Shown here: piece after piece, positions 54,036 through 64,000 of the stretch
Position numbering within the stretch: position 1 is the stretch's first letter
Layout: each line of letters opens with the position of its first letter
From: Octopus vulgaris
Lineage: Eukaryota
Assembly (NCBI GenBank): GCA_951406725.2
Contig: OX597815.1
Location: 107,384,001 to 107,448,000, forward strand
Length of the DNA: 64,000 nucleotides
Direction: 5' to 3'
Position numbers and translations under genes: made by a program
The notes under the pieces: model-generated
Database searches by the model: none
Seen by the model: only the letters and a program-made list of their open reading frames with translations
Told to the model about the DNA's origin: nothing

Positions 54036-55276
54036 GAAAATCGCCCTCAATAAACTTCAACCCATGCATATCAAAGAAAAGTGACAATATATACATATAT
54101 ATATATATATTTATTTATCATGACAAATACACACACACACTCGAAGGTATGAATACTTATAAACATTACACACACACACACACATCAGCAAACTTGAATG
54201 TTCGTATTAATATTTCAGCTACTGTCTGGCTATATTTCAATGTTTATGTGTATAAAAAGGTGGGGAATTTCCACATTTATTTCAAAAGCGTCTGTGTGAC
54301 TGAGTATACGTATCTACATGTGTGTGTGCGTGCACATATATATGTGTGTGTGTAAACACCAGAGAAGAACCTGCATATTTTGATGTGTGTATTTAAGTCG
54401 TTTCAAGCTTATTTAACTTCGTTAGTTTGCTTGAGTATGTTGTGTATATTTTTTCATAGAGTTTATTTTATTGCACACTTGCAATGATGCATGTATGTGT
54501 GTATTTGTACATATCTATGAGTGAGTATGTAAGTGCATATGCCTGTAATTTAATACGATAGCGTATGTATTCACATATTTACTTAGTGCTATGTAGATGT
54601 GTACACACGCTTGTGTGTATGCGGCTGAGCTTTTTTTGCTTTTAAGTATGCGTGTTTCTATGGATTTGTTTATACTTATATATTTGTTAGTGTCACTTAA
54701 GGTGTCTCTGAATGTACCTTTATATTCATGTTTGTATATTTTTGTCAATGATATAATGGTATTTCGGTGTATTTGCTAGTGTGAAAATATTTTTATGCTC
54801 ATGCTGATATATATATATAATATGTATATATATGCATACATACACACACACATATGTGTCATTGTATTTTGGTATGTAAAAATAAATCAACTGAGAAAAG
54901 AATGCTTCAAGACAAGTATATTGAGTCGAATCGTTATACGGCACCTAGCAGAAGGATAAAGGTTTATAGTCTATGAATAACTAACTGTATAGGATATTCT
55001 TTTTCGTGACTTGATATAAAACAAACAAAATAAAAAAATATTATATTGAAAAGCAAAACAAAATAGATTATAATTAAAAAAAATTCTTATAACTCAACAA
55101 AATTTCCTGAATAAAAAAAAAATAGTAAATAAATAAATAAATAAAGACGACAAAATACATTATAGGATAGTATGGAACTAGTAATAGCTCAGTGGTAACA
55201 ATTTAAGGGGGAAAAAACTGTGTCAATATATTCAGACTAGTGGCTGGAGAAACATGAAAAATCTGAGGCGAATGTG

Positions 55277-55287
55277 AAAATGGCGGC
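55277..55287. promoter_or_regulatory. YY1-type motif AAAATGGCGGC, candidate promoter/TSS-proximal element
   Basis: Consensus match in non-TE sequence inside a region that appears to retain CpG. Confidence 0.35.
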
Positions 55288-55299
55288 TACCATTTTAGT

Positions 55300-55490
55300 T
55301 CACTCTCCTCCTTCTCCTCCCCTCTATAGCTATCGCAATCTTCCGCCATCTCCTCTTTATAGTTATCGCTTTCCTCCTCCACTTTATAACTATTGCTTTC
55401 CTCCACCACCTCCTCTTTATAGCTATCGCTCTCCTCCTCCTTGTCTTTATAACTATAGCTTTTTTTTTCCCCACTTATAGCTATCTTTCT
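55300..55490. repeat. Six degenerate approx. 30-bp units, core CCTCTTTATAGCTATCGCT
   Basis: Core motif recurs, separated by CCT runs. Confidence 0.8.
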
Positions 55491-55499
55491 CCCCACCCT

Positions 55500-56640
55500 C
55501 GACTTTCGTTCTTATTTCCTAGCTCCTTTCCCTTCTCCTCCTTTAACGTTCTCATTCTTTCTCTCGACCTCCGCTTCCTCCTTTCAAGTCATTCCTCCGG
55601 TTTCATTTTCGTTTTTTCTTTCTCGTTCTGTTTTTCTCTCATCTCCTCTCCTCCTTTGTTCTATCTCCTCTCCTTCCTCCTCCTCTTATCGCCCGTCTCT
55701 GCTGTTATTGGTTGTTATATGATCCGCTGTTCTTTCTATCTTCACTTCCATCACCTCATTGTTGTAGTCTTCTCTCTTTCTCCTTATCTCTCTCTCTATT
55801 TCTTTCTTTCTCTCTCTTATCTTTTTGACTGCAATATATTTTATTTCTTTTTCTTTCCCTTCTTATTTTGTCTTTTACTTTATGCTATAACATTTGTTAT
55901 TTTTGTCTCCTCTTTTTCTTTTCTTTCTTTGACTCGCCGTCTTTTTAAGTCTATTTACTTTTTCTCTCTTTACATTTTTATCACATTTCTTCTTTTTTTT
56001 TCATTTTTCACTCATTCATTCTTTCACTCTTTCAAAATGCTATATTTGTCCAATTATGCACACAAACATGATGTCGCTCGTCTTGCAAGAAATAACAGCC
56101 AAATCTACCCAACCTATACATACCCAACGGTGTAAAAAAAACATTGGATTATGTAGTTAAAAAAAATAATAATACGGGATTGTCATGAATGGAATGCCTG
56201 GTTATTAGTCAGCTCAGTCAGTGCTGACCTGGGGTTAAACAGCTTTATCTTCTGCTTCTTTGTTAAATTTCACCAACTTATTCTCTTTTTCTTTCTATAT
56301 ATCTTTCTGTCTCTCAAATCTGCTTCTCTCTGATAGAATTTACTTTGTCACTGATCTACTTTCTCTCTCTCTCTCTTCTCTGTCACTACTTTCTCTTACT
56401 CGCTCTTATATTCACAGGAATACTCTCTCTGTCACTTCTATAGTAAGTTTTCTCTTTCACTATCTTTCGTCTGTCTCTCTCTCTCTCCCTCTGTCTTACT
56501 GTAACTCTCTCCCTCTTCCTATAACTCTCCCTTCCTATTTTTCTCTCTCTTTATCTCTCTACTCTGTTTCTCTCTAGCTATAACTCTCGTTATATCTTTT
56601 TCTTTGTTACTCTTACATTACCTCTCTCCCTCGCTCGCTC
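55500..56640. repeat. Polypyrimidine (CT-rich) tract
   Basis: Low-complexity C/T sequence; explains the F/L/S-rich ORFs. Confidence 0.85.
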
Positions 56641-57027
56641 ACACACACACACACACACACACAAACACAATTACACGCATACTCGCGCGCGCACTCTGAC
56701 ATCATTTCTCCCCCCGTTTCTCTAATCGTAATACTCTCACTAGACCTCTTTCTATTTTTCTCTCTCTGACATGTTTCCCCCCTTCCTCTGACCGCAATGT
56801 TCCTACTAAACCCTTCTGTCTAATATTGTTTCTCTCATAATAAATCTCTCTGAGGCTTCGCTTTCTCCTGTACTTTTTTGTAACGATTCTTCTCCAGCCA
56901 CTGTTTATTTTTCAACTGGTTATTCTGAAAAAATTCCTCGGCAACTAGATTTCCGCAAGAAACATTTCCAAGATCTCCGAAAACACGCACATATGTGTAT
57001 GTTTTCCCACATATGATTCTTGTATGC

Positions 57028-57096
<69 letters not shown>

Positions 57097-58015
57097 CGTG
57101 TGTGTGTGTGAATGTGTATTGGATGTGATGTGAATGAGTTACTTGGCGCAACCCAGTCTAATTATATGAAATTAAAACAGTAAAAATCCAAGGAAACTAG
57201 GGCTCTGCATCGGCAGAAAATAAGAATACAAATACTTCCAACAGTGAAATAAATTTTATGACTGGAAGAAGAGAAATCTAATTATAGATGTGTGTACGTA
57301 AGAGTTTTGTTTCTCTATATACATGTTTGTTTACACTATATATATGTGAGTGTGTGCGTGCGTCTGTTGTGTTTCAGCGTAAATTTGGATTTTGGTGTTG
57401 TTGGGGCTCTAGGTTAACCTTGACATAATAGAACCATGATCAAGGCATTCCAGCCGTGGCCATCCCGCATTTTGTACTTCAAAGACAACATTGTTCAACA
57501 TATGCATATTTTATTTGAGACGTTAGGGATGAAATGTAAGGTGTACATGGCTAATGTTTCAACAAGAAAACGTAGTTATGGAGTATGTATTTGCATTAAT
57601 TTTTAACTTCAATGTGAGTGTGTGAATCTAATGTTTATGCATGTATGTGCTTGTTCCATGTATGTATTATTGGTGTGTGCGTGTGTATTCATATATACAG
57701 GTCAGAAAGAGGTGGGGAGGTAAGTAGACCATTTGACCTGGGCCAATAATTTTAAGGGAAGTTACTCCCCCTGTTACAAGCGACTGTAGACGGCTTCATT
57801 AAAAAAAATTACCTTTACCAAATCGTTCTATTTTTTCCCTCTTCCGTTCTGTTATTTGTAAATATATAAGTACATGATGCTACCACATATGTATATACTA
57901 TAATATATACATGAAATCATATGAGTTTAGCACAGGACTTCTTACTATTTTAATTATGGCCTTCATTCCATAGAGGAGGCGATTAACAGCTTTGAGAGAG
58001 CTTGAGATTGTGCTC

Positions 58016-58105
58016 AGGGAGATATGTATCATTAAGGTTATACATCAGGGATATATGTATTATTAAGGATATACATCAGGGATATATGTATCATTAAGGA
58101 TATAT
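58016..58105. repeat. Three tandem approx. 31-bp units CAGGGATATATGTATCATTAAGGATATACAT
   Basis: Direct inspection. Confidence 0.85.
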
Positions 58106-58800
58106 ATAAACTTTAAAATGTTAGGATTTTCTAAGGAAGAGCGAGCAAAACTAATAGGCAACGTTTGAATCAAATCTATCAGCAACACGGTGAAAATTTG
58201 TTAGTCATATCTAAGATTATTCATTTGAAATTCTTTAAGCTAAATAAAATTGTTGCTGTCTATGTATACACATACAGGTATGTCCACTACATCCCTCTCA
58301 CAGCTAAGAGATCCTAGTCTCGTGGGCTTGTGGGTGCTGGTGCCATGTAAGAGTACCCATGTCAGTGCCAAGTAAAAGTGCATTGTGCCAGTGTAACATA
58401 ACAGTGCCTGCACTGGTACTACATGCAGGTGTCCATGCTGGTACCATGTAAAAGTGTCTGTGCTGGTACCTCATAAAAGCACCCAGTACACTCTGCAAAG
58501 TAGTTGGTTTTAGGAAGGGCATCCAGTCATAGAGACCATGCCAAAATAGACAAGATGAAACCTGGGCAGTTGGCCAGTTCCTGTCAAACTGTCCAGCCCA
58601 TACCAGCATGCAGAATGGATGTTGAAAAATGATGATGATGATGACTTGGTTGTGTATATCAACAAAAATACATATGTAAAAAGTCACGAGGCACACACAT
58701 ATATGCACAGACACCCAAGTAATAATGGGACATGCAGAAGCATACACCTATATATATATATATCATCATCATCATTTATATATATATATATATATTTATA

Positions 58801-59016
58801 TATAAAATACAAAATGGGACAAGAACACAAAACATGCAGATAGACGATACAAAAAACATGGACGGGTCATTCGAAGCCTTTAATCTTCAGTCAAGAACCG
58901 AATCATCCTCTCAATTTCGGCGATCTGGTTCTTGACTGAAGATTAAAGGCTTCGAATGACCCATCCATGTTTTTTGTATTGTCTATCTGGATGCTTTGCG
59001 TTCTTGTCCCATTTTG

Positions 59017-59025
<9 letters not shown>
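58801..59025. repeat. Palindrome, approx. 104-bp arms, 17-nt spacer, TA-flanked
   Basis: 58801-58904 versus 58922-59025 are reverse complements. Confidence 0.9.
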
Positions 59026-59071
<46 letters not shown>

Positions 59072-59090
59072 CAGCGTATGTACACTTTGT

Positions 59091-59126
<36 letters not shown>

Positions 59127-59279
59127 CATACATATATACTCTAACTCAACCACATATTTACAAACCATAGGAACTGTTTTAACTCAAAAGGTCTTGTCAT
59201 CTTGTTAGTTATCAACCTGAACTCCATTAAGAAGACCTTAACTCTCAAAGAAAAACATACATTGACACATATATGCATG

Positions 59280-60230
59280 GTACTACCTCCCTATGCGGCA
59301 CAATGTTGTTGCTTAAACAATTTACAGCGCCATCTGCAAAAAAAGACTGCCCTGAAATAAACTTAGAAAATCATTCTTATGGAATACATTCATAAACACC
59401 AACTCAAGGAATACTGGTGGATTATTCCCATCAAAACTTCTGTCAAATGTAAACATAACAGGTCGGATATTGTTGTTTAGGAGAGAGGGGCAAAGATGTG
59501 CACCATCATAGAGGTCAGCTGCCCTGCAGATATAAATAACTCTTTGAAAATCAAAGGAAAAGAGGATATCTATGGACAACTGTTTCGAAACCTCCAGCTT
59601 CAATATCCAGAATATGAATTCATATTCATACTAATAATAATTGGAGGACTAGGTTTTGTTAGTAAATGCTTAAAGGAGAATCTGGATAAACTGAAATTTT
59701 CAGAAAGAGAAATTGATTGGCTAATCTGTTGATTGGCTAATAAGTGAAATCTGTGAGTGGAATAGTAAAAATATGCGAGACTTTTCTCAAGTTCCAAATG
59801 TGAATTTCTCTGTATTAACTACATCCCAAAGATGGAGCCTTGTATCTTTGTTGGAAACTGGTTTCCTCCTCAGTGGAAGATATATAATAATTAAAAAATA
59901 GAAGAGACACACACACATTTGCACTTACATACATATCAGCACAAGGAACATTTCCATCAAAACTTTACCAAGTATAAACATAAAAAGCCTGATATAGTTA
60001 TCACATACAGAAAACATAAGTCATGTCCAATCACAGAGGTTTGCAGCTCTGCAAGTGTGGACATGTCTACCAAAATCAGCTTGAAGAATATTTATAGCTA
60101 GCTGCTTCAAGACCAGCCACTCCACCACCCTGATTATAAATTCATTTTTTTAACCGATAATCATTTGTGTACTTGATTATGTTAGTAAATGTTTGAGTGT
60201 CAATCTGGAAAATGTCATCCAGTTGCTTTC
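59280..60230 (+). mobile_element. R4/Dong-like (RLE endonuclease) LINE 3' fragments, two copies (approx. 59280-59780 and 59960-60230)
   Basis: YLPMRHNVV, KHNRSDIV / KHKKPDIV, IIEVSCPADIN...K...KEDIY..L, IIIGGLG. Confidence 0.75.
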
Positions 60231-61355
60231 AAGTGTTTATTGCTTTATCTACCTCTCTGCTGCAAACCCCAATTCTTGGTTCGTCTGTAGGGTCATCATG
60301 ATGTAGCACTTCTTTAGCTCATGCGATCTCTACATTCAGTAGCCTCTCATCATAACGCTGCCTCTTACATGTCAGCAGCAGCAATGGCAACTTCTGTCTA
60401 CATCATTCTGGATAAAATTCTATCGAACAATTGTGTTCTGTAACACACAGCCTTGCAATCCTTCGATTCCCAACTGTGGAGTTTCAGATTCAACCCCACT
60501 GCACAACATCCTAGTATTTTCTCCTTTACTGCTATAGCACCAGGCTGACCAAAGTCTTGTCTGCGAATTTGGTAGGTGGAAACTGAAAGATCCCCATCAA
60601 ACACACATGCATGCACACACACACACATGCATGCACACACACACACATGTGCACGCACATATACATATGTACCACCACCATTGCCACCACCATCATCATT
60701 TTAGTGTCTACTTTTCCATACTTGTATGAATCAGATGGAGTCTATTTGAGGCAGATTTTCTAATAACTGGATGCCCTTACTGTTATTAAACCTCACCTGC
60801 TTCCAAGTAAACTAATTTTTCCCTTTAACCAAAGATATCCTTGCTGGATACTGGAAATGGATGACTTATATAACAATGACACTCATTGGACAACTATCAT
60901 GTGATGTCAAGGACACACACACACTCACACACACTAGACATACAATGATATAATTATATATATGGCCCCCGTGCTGGTGGCACGTAAAAGTACCATCCGA
61001 TCGTGGCCGTTGCCAGCCTCGCCTGGCCCCCGTGCCGGTGGTACATAAAAAGCACCATCCGATTGTGGCCGTTGCCAGCCTCGCCTGGCTCCTGTGCCGG
61101 TGACACGTAAAAAGCACCATCCATCCATGGCCGTTTGCCAGCTCCGTCTGGCACCTGTGCGGGTGGCACGTAAAAAGCACCCACTACACTCACGGAGTGG
61201 TTGGCGTTAGGAAGGGCATCCATCTGTAGAAACACTGCCAGATCAGACTGGGCCTGATGCAACCTTCTGGCTTCACAGACCCCAGTTGAACCGTCCAACC
61301 CATGCTAGCATGGAAAGCGGACGCTAAATGATGATGATGATATATGTATGTAGGA

Positions 61356-62122
61356 GGAAAGTAAGAAGAAAAATAAGTGAAAATGCACATTGGAAATCAA
61401 AAAAAGTAAAGGCTTTTTATGAAAAGTAACGAAAGATACATACAATTAGATGAACTGAGGTAGGAATAAAAGCAATAAAAGTCATTATTGTGAATTGTTT
61501 AAGAGATTTAAAAGCATACCAGTTTCGTAAATTACTAATCATTGCTTTGAATGCACACTGATTAATGAATGGTGTCAGATCTATTAGTATCTGAGAAAAA
61601 AGATTATGTATAAGGGAGCTAAGTAGTTCTGGATTTGGTGCAATTAGGGTAGATATAGAACTACACAACATCCTAGTATTTTCTCCTTTACTACTTTAGC
61701 ACCAGGCTGACCAAAGTCTTGTCTGTGAATTTGGTAGGTGGAAACTGAAAGATCTCTATCAAACACGCATGCATACATACACGCGCGCGCACATACACAT
61801 ATATGTACCACCACCACCATCATCGCCACTGCCATCATCATCATCCAGAACTACTTACCTCCCTTACACATAATCTTTTTTCTCAGGGACTAATAGACCT
61901 GACACCGTTCATTAATCAGAGTGCATTCAAAGCAATGATTAGTAAATTCATGAAACCAGTATGCTTTTAAATCTCTTTAACAATTCACAATGATGACTTT
62001 CATTATTTTTATTCCTACCCCATATCATCTAATTGTATATATCTTTCATTACGTTTCATAAAAAGCCTTTGTTTATTTTGATTTCCAATGTGCATTTTCA
62101 TTTATTTTTCTTCTTACTTTCC
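61356..62122. repeat. Inverted repeat, approx. 278-bp arms (61356-61634, 61843-62122), around a copy of 60498-60700; family also at approx. 27720-27950
   Basis: Arms align as reverse complements; spacer 61661-61842 shares idiosyncratic CACAACATCCTAGTATTTTCTCCTTTACT with 60498-60700. Confidence 0.85.
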
Positions 62123-62896
62123 CATTGCATTTCCATGTGTAGTTTCTATTTTCTTTTTGTAACATTTTTCTATTGTATGCATGTATATGCACATATAGGA
62201 GTGTACAAGCATATTTAGCATGTTTTTGTACATTCAGATGGAAGTCATTCACTGAGGAAATGGTTTTGGGAGAAAATTCTCTTCATCAGACTATACGTGT
62301 GAAAACACATTGGGATATGAACAACATCACTGGATCATAGGACACATGCATTTCTGAGTTGATACAGTTTTCATCAGTTGTCAGCTCAGTAACAGTCGTT
62401 CCTAGCCCACTAAAAATGGTTGTTCTTATAAATATAAGCAGCAAATAGTACATTTGCTGATGTGTGTATTGAGGTGCTAAAGTATTATTGAGGGACAGGT
62501 AGAAGTGTCTTACTATAAAAGAGATACATGGTTGCCTTGCATTAAGTCAGAGTAGGTGGGAATAGCTGGGAAGAAGGTAAAGATGTTGGTGATAAGATGT
62601 TAGAGAATACATGAGTATAAGAGAGAATATGCACTATTGATGTTTAAGTGTGGTGAATAAATTCATAGAAGTATGAAAAGAGAGTGAGAGTGGCAGGTGG
62701 TTAGAGATGGAGAATGAGGTTAACGTTGAGAAAGAGGTACAATGATGTGGTGTGTTGCTCAATGGTAAAACTCAGTACAGGATAAGGTAAGAAAAATAGT
62801 TTAGGATGGCAGTGATAAATTGTAGTACTGGGAGGGCGGAGAGCAGTTGTATAATAAATCTGTAAAAAGATTAGAAAATAGAGAAAGCCTGTAGAT

Positions 62897-63115
62897 CAGT
62901 GGTTTTCAACCAGAGTTCTGCGGAACCTTAGGCTTCCGCCAGTACAGTCCAGGAGTTCCGCAAGAAGTTACAAAACTGCTAAAATCGGCAGTAATTTTTA
63001 ATTCTCCTGTGCAGATATGTGTGCATAAGACTATTAAATTATTGCACAGGGGTTCCTCGAGCCAGTGGAATGTTTCCTTGGGGTTCCGCTCCAGCAAAAA
63101 TGTTGAAAAGCACTG
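62897..63115. mobile_element. hAT (Charlie-like) MITE
   Basis: TIR CAGTGGTTTTCAAC / GTTGAAAAGCACTG; 8-bp TSD CTGTAGAT / CTATAGAT. Confidence 0.9.
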
Positions 63116-64000
63116 CTATAGATAGATAAGAAAATCAGGAGGTGATGCATGAGTTAGGAGAGGGAAGAGAAAGAAAAAGGGGGAGACAAATGTGCAGGGA
63201 CAGATATAGAGATCAGAGGTGTGTAGTGGTGACTATAGTTAGCAGGGAGGACAAGGATGGTGGAGGAGCATTGAAGGCAGGTATGAGTAGGTGTTGGAAA
63301 TTATATTAATAGCAGATATGAGAGGGCATCAAAGATAAGATAAGGCAGCCCTAAAGAAGGAGAGATACTGCAAGCACAGAAAGGGGCGAATAGTGGAGAA
63401 TAAAGGATAACGTTGAGAATGAGAGATGTATGTTAAAAAAAGTGGCTCTAGGGAGAGGAGAAGGTAACTAGTAACTCAAAGAAGAAGAAATATCTGCTGT
63501 CATAAGATTGCAACAGCTGAACAGTGCCATTGATAGAAGAATGGTGGAGAGATGAGTGTTAGGAAAGATGTGAGGAGGAGAAAGCTCAATGGGTATTGAT
63601 TGGCTGCTGGGGCAGGGTCCAGTGAGCATTTAGACATAAACCTAGTGCTTTTACAACTTCATTTTCTGTGTGACAGACAAGTCTTCTAAAGAACAGTGGA
63701 ACACTTATCATTTTGGTCCTTTGTCTTCTCTGTGAGACTCAATATCTGGAGTTAAGCTTACTACTGCACTGTTTCACAGTCACGTCAATTTGTTTTTAGA
63801 TTGTTTTAATTTACTTTGAGATTATTTAATTTTTTTTGAGATTATTTTAATTTTTATTTTAAAAGGTAAAGAAAGTTTCATGTCACTGAAATGCGCTGAG
63901 GTATGATACTCTCTCCAGTTACTGCATATAACGAGTAGAAATTGTATATAACTAACAAGTGACTGCTGTTTGTTCAACTTTTCAGCATATTGACCAATGA

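Noticed and set aside
55274-55480. Extensin-like SPPPLYSY ORF
   Set aside because: Short frame produced by the 30-bp tandem repeat; no other coding evidence

Overview
Eukaryotic, AT-rich, repeat-dense genomic DNA. The repeat families (tRNA-head SINEs with CA/GT tracts, RTE LINEs with (GAT)n tails, very dense TA/CA/CAT/TAA microsatellites) resemble a coleoid cephalopod, probably Octopus; this is inference. No host protein-coding exon could be supported, and almost all ORFs in the track are microsatellite or repeat translations. Supported content: a young 5'-truncated RTE LINE with a PHD finger inside its RT and a 62-bp minisatellite in its 3' UTR; older RTE/BovB, Tx1 and R4/Dong-like LINE relics; a full-length decayed mariner; a chimeric mariner; a decayed Sola1-type transposon; hAT and Tc1 MITEs; Helitron/Helentron-type non-autonomous elements; and many SINEs. 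The most notable signal is a set of unrelated small non-coding elements, mostly embedded in TA microsatellites and often arranged as tandem and/or inverted copies. They carry minimal type I hammerhead ribozyme motifs, several with compensatory core variants (U3-A8, G3-C8). They include a 362-bp retrozyme-like tandem/inverted array (47233-48292) and a tRNA-headed SINE with a hammerhead remnant and an inverted copy of its own tail (35431-35822). Ends of decayed repeats are approximate.
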